Shown piece after piece: positions 11,531 through 27,420 of a stretch of 64,000 nucleotides of DNA. Source of the DNA: Octopus sinensis. Taxonomy: Eukaryota. The stretch spans positions 42,160,001-42,224,000 of the forward strand of contig NC_043007.1 in the NCBI RefSeq assembly GCF_006345805.1. The letters run 5' to 3'. Position 1 is the stretch's first letter. Every line of letters begins with the position of its first letter. A program made the position numbers and the translations under genes. The notes below the pieces were generated by a model. It had not been told where the DNA came from, did not search any database, and saw nothing but the letters and a program-made list of their open reading frames with translations.

Positions 11531-13540
11531 TCTTCTTCTATCCCAGAAAGCATCTTCACCATCAGCTACATGGCAGATCTTTCTTTCATCCAATATTCAT
11601 TACATGTCCATCACAATATATAATCCTCTTTCTGCATGCATTCTTTTCTCAAGTTTCTTGCTTGCATTTCCTCAACTTCCTTTAACTTGACATTGCATAT
11701 TCAGCTGAACACACACAACTCATTCCATTCCAAATGCTATAGATCTAAAATGTGGATAAATCTGTTTGTGTGTGTGTATATATCATGTATTTATATAGAT
11801 ATAGAAGCATATGTGTATGCATATACATCCTTGTTTTATTGTCATCCATTCTCTTTACAAACTTAGTGTATTTTAGGCTGTATTATCATGCCCTTCCCCT
11901 TTTAAGACTAGAGTATGATATAAGAAATATTTAACTGCTATTGCTAGTGTGTCGAATGACTAAGGGACTCACTAGAAACATTATTTTTGTTTATCCTTAA
12001 GCTACAAGGACTTAAAAAGATCTTTGACCAAAGACATTTTAACGATGATCAGCCCAATGTTTTTATGGGTATCTAGTTCTACATTACCCAATGTGTCCTT
12101 CCCTTTTACCTTTTCAAATTGTAGAGTGTGGAGGAAGAGAACTTTGGTTGTTATTTCTGGAGGGTGAAATGACTATGTGAGGGTCTTTTCATTGATTCTT
12201 AAGACACTATATTTATCACCAGGGGTATTTTTTCCCAAAACTTTCACTATTACTCAACCCTAATCTTTGTACTTTTAATAGTTCTATCTCTCCTTTACAA
12301 ATTGTATCACCTAAAGTAGTAACCAAATCCTCTTTAAATTACATCTGATCTTGTAAAGAGAGGGACACCTTAAATAATATAGTTCTAGATACACAATACT
12401 CAAGATGAGATGGTCATGGTTGGAACATTTTAATCTTAGGTCTGCTCATGGCTAGCTAAAACTTAAACAACTAGCCTTCTCTATTGTTATGGTCCACTCA
12501 ATTGTGCATGTGTTAACAGGTACACGTGCTTATATATGCATGCCTACACATTAAATGGACAAACATCTACACGTGCATAAATACATTAAATGAATATAGA
12601 CAAACATCTACATGTGCACCTGCATGTATGTGCGTGCGTGTGCACACACGCACACACACACAAAATGGACGTTCATGTATACACTTGTATTTCTGGATGT
12701 ATATTTATATCCTTATGCATATATGCATGCAATACATGCAAGCACACAGATGCACATGTAAGTAATCATATACATTCATGCAGTCATAAATATGCACGTG
12801 CATACACATGTACTTACAGATACACTGACATGTGTATGTTCATTTACATATTTATGCATTGAAGCATGCCATGTACATAAACATCTGTCCACACATATAT
12901 TGATGTGCATATTTTCACGTGCATATACATGTGCACATACTTACACATTCTCATCTGCACACCTGTATACATAATCGTGCAGTTTTAATGTATTTATACA
13001 GTGTGCAAAGTAGCAGCTGTCAGACTTGGAGGAGGCTCGATTGTTGTAATGGTCAGCTAGCAATTGTATTTATTTTTAGTCTGAACAACTGGATTCCATC
13101 TGAAATGTCAAAGTTAATAACTGATCATTTGTGGAGTGGCAGAGTGACTGGCAATTTAATATAGCAAACAGTAAATGTCTCCCAATAAGGAAGAGGAATA
13201 GAAATTTTGTAAAGTCTAGTTATAAGCTTTGGAGATGGATGAAATGTTGTTGTTGGTTAGTCACAGGTCATTCTTGATTGAGCTGGCCAGATATGGCTAT
13301 CCTATCTTATTAGCTATGTCCAATATGTCCTTCCTGTTTTAAGATGGTTTTGTGTGATTCAAGGGAGGTTTAACTGTTGTTACTAGCATTTGTATGGAGG
13401 CTTTTTTCTTAGTTTGAGTTTTGAGAGTATTCTGGTATCACAGAGTGACTAAGAGATAAATAATTTTTCCCCACTGGGAAGGGTGCTATTTGCTAACTCA
13501 GGACTTCTTAATTCTTTTAACAACCCACAAGTGGCTGCCA

Positions 13541-13630
13541 ACACTAGGCTTGAACTTAAGGTGCATGAGCTGAAACATTCATATTAAACACTGGATTTGA
13601 ACTTAAGGTGCATGAGCTGAAGCATATTAA
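13541..13630. repeat. Local tandem duplication of about 45 bp
   Basis: acact....ttgaacttaaggtgcatgagctgaa....catattaa occurs twice. Confidence 0.9.
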
Positions 13631-14861
13631 TAACTTGTTATTTATAGTTTTAGATAGTTGGCAATGAAAGGTCAAATATTATCCTTACTTCTGTTAGATT
13701 TTCTTTCACTTTTTATCAGTAGAAATCTGTTTTTCTATATCTTGACAGAATAGGGTTTTGTATTGTCCTAATTCAATTAGTTTATATTAGATTTGAAGAG
13801 AAGTTTTTATGGCTATGTTAATGGATTTTGTCCCAAGTCTAGAAGCCTGTATATTGGCTTGTCTGTATAGGTACTTTGAAATTAATGCTGATATGTTACA
13901 TAAGGGCAATGTCAGTTTTCAAGGAATTAGTGTAATCAATTGAATCAACCCTAGTGTAATGTCTGGTTCTGATTTTTATCAACCAGAGGGGTTTTGAAGA
14001 TAGTCTGGTTGAAATTTGAACTCAAAAACATAACAGTAGATATGATTAAATTGTCATTAAATATTCTGATGAAATGGTAAATATTTTCACTGTTGTTGTG
14101 GTTTTCTTTATTTATGTTCAGTGTTACAATTGAGTTGAAACAACAAAATGTCTGCAACTTGAGTAAACTAGAGATTTGAGTTTCATGAGAGGAATGGGGC
14201 CATGAAGACTATGTCTACCAGACCAATTTGCATTTCATTCGGAATATAGTTTCACATTGAAGCAGCTACTCTATTGGAACCAATAGTAAATGTTTGAACT
14301 TGGTACAGGGGTTTAGTTCATTAAGATGGGTCATATATCTGTAATTAATCACATTGAATTGATGAGACAACCCCTTTTTGTTACATAGAACGGTAGGTAG
14401 TCTGTTTGTTATAAGCAGCATTGCCAAAAGGTCTTTCCTTTAACACCAGCCTGAAGCACTTGAAGTGAGGTCTTAGATAATTTGAGCATTCTATGTTAAA
14501 AAATGCACAAATACTAAGACTTGTAGCAGATTTGATCCTCTATAAAATTGATTGCCTTGCTAATAATAACTGTCAAATCTTCTTCAAATCACACTGCCAT
14601 CTTCAAAAGTCACATCTAGGATATAGTGAATAATGTAATCTGCTTAGATGCACAATGTCAGGGGGAAAAAAACAAAACAAAACATTGGAATCCTGGTTGG
14701 GACATCTTTCAGGGCTGGATTGGGGCTAAACAACATCCCTAAGTGATGTCAAGGGAATGGGGAGAAAATGACAACTAGGTGAATATATAACTCTTGTTTC
14801 TGTTTTTCACTATACACACACTTGCATGCATGCACACAAACACAAGTACATTTGCATGCAT

Positions 14862-15112
14862 GCACATACTCATACACATACTCATACACATACTCATGCA
14901 CATACTCATGCACATACTCATGCACATACTCATACACATACTCATACACATACTCATACACATACTCATACACATACTCATACACATACTCATACACATA
15001 CACATACTCATACACATACTCATACACATACTCATACACATACTCATACACATACTCATACTCATACTCATACACATACTCATACACATACTCATACACA
15101 TACTCATACACA
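14862..15112 (+). repeat. 12-bp tandem repeat (CATACTCATACA)n
   Basis: Directly visible. It gives the HILI/YSYT/HTHT ORFs. Confidence 0.95.
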
Positions 15113-17208
15113 TTCACAGACACAGTGATGCATGCACACATACACAAACATTCAGTCATACATGTACACATACACACATTCATGCTGGCACACATTCATG
15201 CATACCCACATTCACACATACATATTCTCACACTTTCACACACACACATGGCACAAAACATTTCAACTGTCTTTTTTTCCTCATTTTCTTTTCCTAAAGA
15301 GGCTCTAAGCACTTTTTCCTTGTCTCTAAATATAGAAATATTGTTGTTTAGTGAGCTGCATCTTAATTTTTTCCTCCTTTTCCTCCTTTCTTCTTTCAAG
15401 CCAAATAATACATTTAAAAATAGTATTTGTATTTTATTGTTTTGCTTTCGTCCATCTGTTAAAATGTATTGACAAGCCAATGAAAAACAACCTAACATGG
15501 TCATGAGATCTGCCAGAAGCAGCAGCCAAATCTTTCTCAATCACAAAAGGATAATGTAGTTCTCTATTATTCTAAGATGGCAAAAACAAAAAAAAAAAAA
15601 GAAAAGAAAGAAAAAGGTCTGACCTTGAAAACTTTTGGTTATAGATCTGCTCAAATAAGGCACAAAACAAGATGATTGTAAGCCAACAAACGAATGTCTC
15701 ATTGTTGCTTTGTCACTTTTCCTTCCATGCTCACATGGGTCAAACAGAATAAAGCACATTTTCTACAGTTGCCAACCCTCACCTGTCTCCAAATAAGGTG
15801 ATATTTTCCTATGACCAGACATGTTTGCAACTATCACAAAGTCAATGTCAAGACAAGGAAACTAGTTCACAAGCACACACACACACATTCTTCCAGTTTT
15901 CATCTACCAAATCTACTCACAAGGCTTTGGTAAGCCTGAGGCTATAGTCGAAGCTACTCGCTCAACATGCCATACAGTAGGACTGAGCCTAGGACCATAT
16001 GGTCAGGAAGCAAACTTACCACACACCTTCAGCTGTGCCTCTGTGTCTGCTTGGTTGTTTGCTCTGTTTGAAATAGTTGCCATAATCTCTCTCAAATTGC
16101 ACCTTGCCACCTACAGAAATGATGAAGTTATCTCCAAGATGTATAATGCTTGAAAAGAAAAGAGATAGCATTATCAAAGTTGGGAAACCTCTAATACTAG
16201 GTCTGTTCTCTCTAGGCTGTCATAGAGCTAAACAGCAACTACAACAACAATGTTTGGATGGGTGACAAAAGCTGTTTATCAAGTAACTGATATCCTGGAT
16301 ATATTAACCTCTACAACTGTTGTCAAGGGCAGTGTGGCTAAGACATCACAGCTGGAAATAGTAATGGATAGATATAGATTCTCTTGCTGTTCTATTCTTT
16401 CTTGTTGCAGTTTGAACAGCTTCTATTGTTCTTTGTGAATGAGTGTGCATGCGTGTGTGTTGTCTACATTACATTAAATCTGGTGGTCAGTTCCTTCCTT
16501 TCTCTTTAAATATCCATAGACCTCAATCCAATTTGATTCCACTCATCACTCCTACTTACACATGAAGCACATATGTGAATCTGCATGCGTATATGTGTGT
16601 TTGTGTTGCTGGGATATGTGTGTATGAATGATACATGTGTGTGTCTGCATGTCAAATGTGTGTCTACCTGCCTCTGAGTGTGGATGTAAATGTGGGTGAG
16701 TAAATGTTTGTGTGTGTGGACATGAGCTGCATGTGTATGCAAGTGCATGGATATGTATATGGATGCATTATGTGGTTGTGTATGAGTGTATGTCAATATG
16801 TGGTTATGGATGTCATGCATATGTATATGTGGGTGCACACACACACACACACACAGATGCACTAAAAAGTTATCGTACTGACAGAACATTGGTGATGGCG
16901 TATGAAGCAATATGGCATTTATAATACAGTTTGAGTGGACAAGCAATTTGTAGATTTTTATAATCAAATCTACCACTGGTCACTTTATTCTACATGCCCC
17001 AGTTTAGCTTAGTGCTGAAAATAAGTATCCGATTGCCTATAAATTTTGTCTGCAATAGACTTGGTCTTCCTTTCCGGTTGGAAATGTATCCCACTTCATG
17101 CTGTGAAACACAAGCTATGTGTGAAGACTTCCAGAATTTAGATTTTTATACTTTCATTTGTTTTTCTCCTCTGTTCTGGTGACCAACTGTAACTACACAC
17201 ATGCGCGT

Positions 17209-17242
<34 letters not shown>

Positions 17243-20200
17243 TTTCATTGATATATGCATTCTCTTATACTCTCTGAAATTCATATGTGTTCACTCTCTT
17301 ATGTGCGTGTGCATGCGTACACACATGTACACACATACATACTGTGTTATAGACCTACACCTATGATTATTGGTTTTTGAGGTACAAGTCTTGTTGCAAA
17401 GGAGGAGCACTGACAACCAAATCAATTTTAATAACACACAAAACAGGACTAATAATTATGTAAAAACAACTGTAGATATTTATGGAAGTTTCTTATTATG
17501 ACACTGTCATTGTATCCCAAGCAGTTTGATTTACTAGAGTTGTGTTTTGTTGCCTTCTCCAGGTAAGCAAGAGCCCTATGGTTTTTAGGGTTAGAGGAAG
17601 GCATCATGTAGAAATAGGGAAAGATTGAGATGCTTGAGCCTTTACTTTGAGTATTCTGTTTAAAGTAAAATAGCTACAAACAGAGACCAAAACATTTTAA
17701 CTCCATGTGCATATGAAAAAAACCTCTCTGCATTCACTTGACCAGCTAGAAGCAACAGTCAAATCTCTCTTCAAATCAACCTTACCATCTTCAAAAAAGC
17801 AGAAATGTTGGATAATGCAATCATAAATACACTATGCCTGGGAGTAATACAAGATGGTCACAGCTCAAATGTCTGTTAGATCAGTGAAACCTCTATACAG
17901 TTGCCTAGGCTAGTTTGCACAGTCTGAGCTCAGAATCTCTGCTCAAATCACTCGTTTTACCGTATATTTCTATATTTTGGAGTTATAATCCTTTCTTCAG
18001 GACATTTGGAAAAGTGAGGGATGGAAAAGTAGTTGCTCAAATACATAAATAAATACATGTATAAATAACTAAAATGTACTCTTAGATAGTCACAGACTAA
18101 AAAAAATATTATGATCATGGATTTGATGTTTTGTTCATAGCTCTGCTTGATCAAGTCTGACAAGGGCTAAGCAATAATTTTTAGCTACACACACACACAC
18201 ACACACGCATGCGAATGCATTATACACGGGTAATGACGAGGATATTTTTAAAATATGTTTGACTTGAGGTTGGGGGGAAAGGGGCACAAAATTCTTTTCA
18301 TACTTTTGTTTTACATTTTTTTTACCAAAATTTTAAATTTACATTTCTTTCCTCTATTTTCACCCCCAATTTAAAGAGTTATCTGATGCTTAGTATATTT
18401 TGATATACTACTAAGCAAATTCATCTGTCATATTCTAAATGTTTTGACCCACATTCCTAAAAGAAATATCTTTAGACACACACACACACACACACATGTG
18501 TATGTATACACATTAGACATACTCAAACATCCATGTTCATATACATAGATATATATTCACACTCCTGCACTTACATGCACATCAATACAGTATAAGTGTA
18601 AAGATATAAGTACGTGTGTGTCATTATCCATCATATTATACATATAGATAGATATGTGTGCATGCATATAGACAAATGTATACAGACAACTGAAATGTAT
18701 ATGGGAAATGTAATTAATATGGGTAAGAAGGGAAAAGAAAAGTGGAGTTTTATAAATAAATGATCTATTGGAAGAAGAGAAACAAACAAATCAAAAGAGA
18801 GAAAAAGAAAATGAAAGCAACTACATGTAGAGCTTATTCAATGCTTTCATTGGTCTTTTCTTTTCATTTACAGATCTCACTCCTACACCTTCTTGCTCTC
18901 TCCCCTCCATACACAGAAGTTCTCCTCCAGGCCATTAAGAAAAATCCTCAGTTGAGCTTCATCTTATTCATTATACTACTGTTACCATTCCATTTCTCTG
19001 TTTCTCAGTTAATTTAGCATGCTATTCAGAAAATACCAACTTTATTCCTAGCTACATTGTGTATTATTTTCCCTTTATTTCTTTGTTTTTGTTTTGTAGT
19101 AGCATGTGTGGTAATGATGATTGTGGTAGTGGTGGTGGCATTAACTGGTAATGTAGCTGGTTTTAGTGAAGGTAATGGGGACAATGATGGTATCTGTGGC
19201 AATAATTGTTGTTGTGGTGATGATAAAGATGATGATGGCAATGTCAGTTGTGTTGATGACTTTTTAAGCAGAGTAATCATGTTCAAGATTAGATTTAACC
19301 CTTTCACTTGTACAGCTAATTGTGCCTCTATATAATGGCTATTATTGTTGCTTAAAACGATTCTAATGTCAAGCCAATAATGGAACTTGCATGCAGTATG
19401 TCAGCCTGCTAGAAATAGCACCCAACTCTGGCTTGTATCATACCTTAGTATCTAAATAAAGGAAGCACACGTTTGATTATGTAGATAGTCATTATCATCA
19501 TTATCAATGTTTTATGGTCACTTTTCCATGCTGGCAGGAGCTGGACGTGTTTCCTGAGGCAGTGTTTTATGATTGGATGCCTTTCCTGTTGCCAACGTTT
19601 TAGTCGCCTTTTACAACATGCAGAGGTATTCACTGTTTGGGAGAGGAAAGAATTGATGAAGTGGTCATGGCTGAAACATTTTTGGTCATAGGTCTGCTAG
19701 ATTATGGTTGACCAGGGAGCAAAACGACATCAGTAACTATTCTAATATAAGCTTGATGGAGCTCCTAGTTGAGGTAAGTGGAGATGATTAAAAAAAATCA
19801 TCCACTGTAGTAGAAGAATTTGAGAGGGAAATATCTTAAGTGTGTTAGTGATTGATTGCTTAAGAACCTACAAACAGCTTACTTTGAAAATTGCAAGCCA
19901 TGATGTGCATAGTCTCTCCCAGAAGAGATTTACTTTTTATTCAGTTTTCCATCAACACAGGTATGACTGTGTTAAGTGGTTCCAAGTTTGATCCCACTGT
20001 AGCACATTGTGCAAGTGTCTTCTACCATACCCCTGAATTGAGCAGTACTTTGTGACCAAACTTCGTTGACTGAAACTGTGGAGTTCTGCCGTGTGTGTTA
20101 TAAGCTAAAATTACAACCATCATTCACAAACAAGTTTGGCTTGGCAGCATATGTTAGGTTTTTACTAATTGTTTTAGGCACTCCTGTAGCTGTGAGCTGA

Positions 20201-20723
20201 TATAGATACTCTCTCAACCCTCCCACCCTTGATTGAGTAGAACATGAGTAAGTCACAGCTCAAAGGAGAGAATGGTCTGCATCAGCCTAAGGGTGGGCTA
20301 TTACTCATTTTGTAAGCTGAGTGTACTGGAGCAACATGAAATATACAGTGCCTTGTTTAGAGATCATGTAAAGTTACACACATACACTGTTTATGTGTGT
20401 GTGTAAATACCTACACACATCTGCTCATGTACCGGAAAAGATATAATCATTGGCAAGGAAACTGAAGAACTAGTACCTGAATTATAAAGTCCCTTAAGGT
20501 ATTTGTTTTCCATTGAGTTACAGTCCATTCTTTTACAGTCAGAAATGCAGTGAACCAGTGACTGGCTTATTGGAAACCTGTAACCAATGGTAATTTCATT
20601 CACAGATTGCAAACTAAAACTAAGCATCAGTTTTCAAAAGTTCTCCCAAAGTTTATAAGTCATTTAGAATGCATTTATCTAACTTGTATCTTGTTGAGGC
20701 TTAACCCAGTTGAGCAGTCCTTA

Positions 20724-20754
<31 letters not shown>

Positions 20755-23700
20755 GTCACTATTAAGATCACCAAATATTATAAAACCTAGCATAGGTGTT
20801 GTTTATCCCCCTGGTTGAGCAAATTTATGATTATAGATATTTCAGTCATATCACCCCTTGTCTCTTCATTTAGGATTGTTAACATAATTTAATGTCCTTT
20901 CTGAGGGGTATAATTTGAGAGATTTGGTTGCTATTTTATAGTTGTAATTGCAGGAGATATTTGTCACCATAAATTGATGATAAAGTTGTTAGGCTATAGA
21001 AAAACAGAAGAGTTTGAGTGTTAATGCTTTTACTAAAGAAGAAATAATATTCCTTGTCAGAAAGTCCAGCATAAAATGCCTTTCTTCATCTTACATCATG
21101 CCATATATTTCTCATTTGTTTTTATTTCCTTGTTTAATTCATGTCATTTGCTCATCTATTTACTATCTATTTTTGGCTAATGAGAAAGTCTGTACAAGGT
21201 TTCCCATCCTGCCAGAAATAGCAGCCAAATTTCCAACTTGTCACACCCTCTCTAGTCTGTCTTAAGCCTGTTGGTTGTTGAGGCCAGAGCTTATCTGGAT
21301 TTTCAAGGTATTCATTACTGATAGTGCAAGACACCTCACCCCAAATTGGGATACCAGTCTGTTGCAAAATTATCTCCCCCTCTTTCCATAGGTACCACTG
21401 GTACTCATTACTGGAACCCCATAAAATGACATACTATACCACCCAGTCTGAAAATCAAACCCCTTATCTAATAATCATGAGGCCAACCCCCTATTCACTA
21501 GACTATGTATTTTCACAAACCACAAATTTTCTGACAGAATGGAAGAATGGATATATTAGATTATGTTCTGGATAGTCTGACTAGATGTGTTGGGGTGGAG
21601 GATGATACAGCTGGAATACCTTTGATCCAGGTTGACCTGAGACAAAACACCACCACCTTTCCCTTTTCATTACAGAAATAGGGTCTTCTTTTCAGTTAGG
21701 CCTTGTGTAAAAACTGAAAAGTAAAAGCTCCTACAGTTCAGAACCTTATTTTCAGGTGCTGCTAACCAATGTGATGAAAAGGTTCTATAGATAAACACAC
21801 TTCCTTCTACACTTGTTTTGAAAGTTATATAACAGTTTGTTTAAAGATCAGCTAGGAGTGGGGAAATTAAAACTAGGTTAACCCAGAAACAGATGGACTC
21901 TAAAGGAGAGGAGCAACCAAATTAGAGAGATTTTGAGGATGGTTGGTATTAAATGGAAATATTAAGTTGAATGACTTTGAAGTGACATCTCATCTGCATT
22001 GACTTCATAACACATTCAAAAAAATTTTTTAATGAAAAGAAAACACTTAATTTTTTTAGTGTTTGATATTTTTATCTACTTATTGATTGGTTTGTTTATT
22101 CATTCTAATTGTTTTTTGCTTCAATAAACCATAACTTTTCAAGAGGCAACTTAATTTTTTTAAATTCTCAGAGCAATTAAAGTAGAAACATTGTTTGGTC
22201 TTAACTCTTTCCATTCTTTTTACCATTCTCTTTCCTTTCCCCTGCTTCTCTACCTCTCCTATCTTCCACTCACACCTCTATCTCTCTGAGAATTTGAATT
22301 ATAAAAGTTATTTTCTACTTGGACATAAGTCCTGAGATTTTGTGGAGAGGGATAGAATCAATGAAATTGACTCCAGTTCTTGACTGGTACTTTATTTCTT
22401 CAGTCTTAGAATAAAAGACAGGAAGTACAAAAAGAACAACAACAATGATAATTTTGGCACAAGGTCAGTAAGTTCAGGGAGAGGTTAAGTTGGTTACATT
22501 GACCCCAATGCTCAATTGGTACTTATTTTATCAACCTTGAAAGGATGAAAGGCAAAGTCAGCCTTGGTGGAATTTGAACTCAGAACACAAAGATAGAAGA
22601 AATGCCATTAAGCATTTTGCCCTGCATGCTAATAATTCTGCCAGTTTGCTGTCTTAGAAGTTTTCTTCTGTCACAAGGATGGCAGATGAGTGAACAGTTA
22701 CAGAAACAAGTTATGAAAAGTATGGGAAGCTACACAGACTGCATAGAATAAAAACAAAAACTATCTGAAGTCAGCCTGGAAACTCCTCTAAACTAAGATT
22801 ACTCTAGCAGCAAGAGTTAGTGCCTTTCCCAGCTGTCATTTCTTACCTCCAGACAAGGTGCATGCTGAGTGTGGGATTATATTTGATATTCTCTCATACC
22901 TTCAAACAAATTTACTGCAAAGTAGCACCTTTTTCTCAGAGTGGAATTTGAAACAGTTGATGGGGGCTTGGCCAAAAAGATTCACCGTGATAGTATTTAC
23001 TAATTTTCTTCTTACTCCTGTTTGTACTAAGTATGAAACATTATTCTGGTAGCTGTAGACTAATCTAATATTTTCAAATCATTCTGCTGCTTAACTATTG
23101 AAATCTACGTGCACCCTCCTCTCTCTCCCTTTCTCACAGTAAAATAGATTTTTGTAGCTGACAGTTGGTCTTTTAGGACTTGAGTTGTTGATCATAAAAC
23201 TAGCAATGCTGATGTTGAAATTTTAGCATTTGATTCTAGTTTGGACCAAATAATTTGTTGGTTTTTATTATCTACATTATTGTCAAAAAAAAAAAAAAAA
23301 TCACAGGAGTTACTAATTTTGGTGAGAAAGGTGTAGATAGGCAGAAGAGCAAGGAAGACACAATGTGAGAGTTAGTTTAGAGGTGCAGTGGCCATAGAGT
23401 ATTAGCAGTAAGATGTGGAGAAAAGTAGTTTTTCTGTGAACTAGAGGTTGTAATGTTTTGTGAATCTTTTATAATCAACCAAATAGACATGTTGATGCAG
23501 CCTTGAATGTTAGCAGCACTACCTCAGCTATGTGAGCCTGAAGTATGTTGATGTGCCACTTATGGAGGGAGAAAATATCTAATAATCATTAGGGAGAAAT
23601 ATCTTTGTTAATGACCTCCATTTAAAATATTTGAATATTTCTTTTCCTCATGGCAATCTAATGTTATTTATATAATTTTTTTTTCTGATACAACTGTAGT

Positions 23701-25803
23701 AATTGAATCCTTTGTATGAATCGTGTTTCTTATTTGCTTAACACTACTGAACCTAAAGCTAACCATCATCATCATTGTTTTAATGTCCACTTTTTCATAC
23801 TTGCAATGAGTCTGGCAAAATTTGTTTTGGTAGATTTTTCTAAGACATTCTAAGATTTTTCTGATGCTAATCCTAACCTGTTTCCAAGGTAATAAATCTC
23901 CAGTATATCAAACAAAAAACAACCTAGACATAGTTAGATAGTTACAAGCTAGAAAAAAAAAAAAGAATATTTGAATGAGACTTTTGTTTATAAAGATCAC
24001 ACAACGTTATGTCAAGAAACCCAGGAATGGTTGACTCTTGGCTATAGTTACAATACCAACTGACATCTACACAGTAGGACTTGAACCTCTTACTCTGTGA
24101 TTCTGAAGTGAATTTCCTAATAGCACATCCATGCCTGATGCATTATTAACATTGAGACATGGTGACTGAGAAGGATAAGTTATAATCTGTATTATAGAAT
24201 TTGGATTACAGTTCCTAGAAGTTTACTTATAAAACAAAGAGCAAAGAGCTTAACAGAACAAATAGTTAAATTACTAATCTTTTTGTTGTTATCAACATAA
24301 ACTGTATAATCCTCCATTTGTCACACTTTCTACAGAAATTAAGACCAATAAATCTAGTAGAAAATAGATGTATTGCGTATTAGAAACTACACATAACTAC
24401 TCAACATTGGCAAAGTTATATAGACAAAACTGGCTACCCACCCCGAGAGTTAAATGTTTACAAGCTTCACATATTTTGCTTGAACTGCACTGTGGCTCTT
24501 TAACACTCTTTCTTGAATTCTTCCTTTCCTGTCATCCATTTCCTTCACTGTCATGTATGTGCAGCTATAGAATGATTTCTTCAGTTCTTTAGTATTTTCG
24601 CTGTCATCTGAAGTAGTGTGATCCTAACCAGACTTGCATTGTATCTAGGATGACAGTCTGCATAAAGTTGTATGGAAGACCAGGCATTACTTATGCAGAT
24701 TGCCCCTCTCCAAACTATTGATGTTGTCCAAAGGAATGGTTAAGTGTTAAGTTACCAGAAGGAAACTGAAACTGAAGGCATTATTAAACTACCTCAAGAT
24801 CTCTTGATTTGTAGTTCATTACATTGATCCTGGTAACTTCACTGATACTAATACTTTTTTTTTTATTTTGTCGACCCCAGAAGGATGACAGGTGAAGTTG
24901 ACTTAACTTCGATTTGAAGATGCTGTGAATGTAAAAGAGCCAGAAAAAATACTGCAAAGCATTTTGTCCAACACTTTAACAATTTTGCCACTGCTAATTA
25001 TATATGTTTCTCACCTGAATCTAATTATTGCTTTTACTTCATTTCATCTCTGTTTTATCTCTTAGATATTTTATTTAATATTCTGGTGAACCCCCTTCTT
25101 TTTTTGAACCTGCATTCTACAGGAATTATCTTTCTGATAACCATAGAAATTTTAAAATCCTAGGTGAATATTTACTGCTCTAAACCTCATCAGGATCTAT
25201 TTAAACTACAAACCAGGAAAAAAAAAAGTTTCTAGGTACAACCCTTTCTTCTGCTCAGCTAGACTAATAAAAAAAAAAAAGTTCTTAGCATTATTTGTCT
25301 ATTGAGAAATGATAAATTGTTCTAGAATATTTCAAATTTAATATTTGATTTCTAATATTTACAAAAGAAAAATCAATTTCCTTTTCTTGTATAATTTGTG
25401 TGTGTGCATTTGCATGCATATTCTCTCTGAAATGTTTAGAAAAGTCCTAAAATGAAGGAACAGAGCTACAATCTTGATGCTTAAACATACCGTTGATATA
25501 CAATCTCTGCAATTGGCAGTTACAGGGACATCCAATTGTAAAAAAAGAAAAAAAGAAAATACATGTATAACACCCATCAAATTCCTTGTGTAGTACAGCA
25601 CTGGAATGGATTGTATAGAATGAATGTAGCTGCATGTGTGGCTGTTTAGTTAAGAAGTTTGCTTTCCAGTCACATGGATGCAGGTTCAATTGCACTGTGT
25701 TTGGGCAAATGTCTTCTGTAGACCCAGGCTGACCAAACCTTTGTGAGTGGATTTGATAGACAAATACTGAAAGTAATCGACCACCACCACCACTCTCTCT
25801 CTC

Positions 25804-25831
<28 letters not shown>

Positions 25832-25837
<6 letters not shown>

Positions 25838-27068
25838 CATCCCATTAATAATGTGGGTTTTTCAATTGCATGAACTAAAAGTTGGATAAACTACCTGCAT
25901 CAACTTCCTATAAAAGCAAATAGTGATTTTACCTTGTCCTTATTCTTAGTGCAAGTTTTGAAGAATGCAGTTTGATTTTAACACTTACTTTTTCAAAGCT
26001 ATAAGGAGCATATTTGGTATATTTTGCTTCATGAGTTCAATAATGCAACGGAAGGTGTGAGGAATATTAATGCAGTGTATGGGGACTGAACAATAAGTGT
26101 AAGCCAGTGTCAACAGTGGTTCCAGAAATTCCAAGCTGGAAAATACAACCTAGAAGACCAACCTTGTCCTGGAAGATTTGTAGAGCTTGATGAGGACATC
26201 CTGCAAACTCTAGTGGAACAAAATCCCATCATAACTTTTCAGGAACTAGCAGAAAAGCTTGGATTTGGTCATTCAACCATTCATTGACACCTGTGTACCA
26301 TCAGAAAAAAAAAAAATTGGGTCAATGGGTCCTTACAAACTTTCCGAGATAATTATGTGCAGACAGTGAATGTGTGCTCTTCTTTGCTGTCATGTCTCAC
26401 AAATGAACCTTTTTTGGGTCGAATAGTGACTGGTGATAAGAAATAGGTTCTCTATAAAAATGTTGAGCACCGAAGAGAATGGGGAGGGAAAGGAGAAACA
26501 TAGGCACCCCAGGCTAAAGAAGGTCTTCACTCATGTAAGGTGTTATCTGTTTGATAGGGTATGAAAGGTTTAGTCTACTTTGAACTTTTAAATCCAAACC
26601 AGATGATAATGAAGGCGATCTACTGTGAGCAGCTTCAGCAGCTTAAGTTAGCACTAGAAGAAAAAGAACCATCTTTGGTTTCAAGTCAAAAGGTGCTCTT
26701 CCATCAGGATAATGCTTGGCCACATACAGCGAAGATGACATACCAAAGGCTGGAGCAGATTGAATGGGAAATGATGCCCCACCCACCATGTTCACGGGAC
26801 ATTGCCCCATCTAATTATCATTTATTCCGCAGTCTTCAAAATCATTTTGACGGAAAAAACTATGAATTCTGTAGACAGGGTCAGAACAGTAGTGGAGAAG
26901 TATTTTTCATCACATACAAGTGAATTTCAGAAAAGGGACCTTGCATGTATACTAAACAGGTGGAAGAGTGTTGTAGAAAATGGAGAGTACATTTTAGATG
27001 AAAAAACATTCTCTTAATGTTAAAAAATAAAACAAGTATATAAAAAAATTATTTCTGGGATGACCTAA
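25832..27068 (+). mobile_element. Full-length inactive mariner (DD34D) DNA transposon
   Basis: Imperfect TIRs ttggatcatccca / tgggatgacctaa are flanked by TA and (TA)n, spanning about 1.24 kb. Decayed transposase includes INAVYGD, QWFQKFQAGKYNLED, RIVTGD, FHQDNAWPH and CSRDIAPSNYHLF. There are 34 residues between the second D and the third catalytic position, which is now N. Stops and frameshifts are present. Confidence 0.93.
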
Positions 27069-27069
27069 T

Positions 27070-27370
27070 AATAATATATATATATATATAGATATGTGTG
27101 TGTGTGTGTGTGCATGTGCATATGTGTGTGTATATATATGTGTGTGTGTGTGCGTATGTTCGTGTGTGTGTATGTGCGTATGCATGCACATGTTCGCTTG
27201 TGCGTGTGTGTGCATACGTGTGTATATATACATCTGTATATATGTGCATATATATGCATCTGTATATATGTGCATATATATGCATCTGCATATATGTGCA
27301 TATATATACATCTGCATATATCTATGTGTGTGTATGTTTGTGTATGTATACGTGTGTATACATGTTTGTG

Positions 27371-27419
<49 letters not shown>

Positions 27420-27420
27420 A
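27070..27420. repeat. Compound TA/TG microsatellite abutting the mariner right end
   Basis: Directly visible. Similar tracts occur at 3470-3580, 6590-6660, 7690-7830, 51000-51365 and 54920-55080. Confidence 0.95.

Noticed and set aside
10584-11690. ORFs of 350 aa rich in P/S/F/L and reverse E/G/R/K ORFs
   Set aside because: Artefacts of the polypyrimidine tract.
14749-15472. YEYV / HILI / YSYT repeat ORFs
   Set aside because: Translations of a 12-bp tandem repeat.
19057-19335. 92-aa ORF with a hydrophobic stretch and a D/G/N/C-rich tail
   Set aside because: Derived from degenerate GAT/GGT/GTT trinucleotide repeats, with no splice or homology support.
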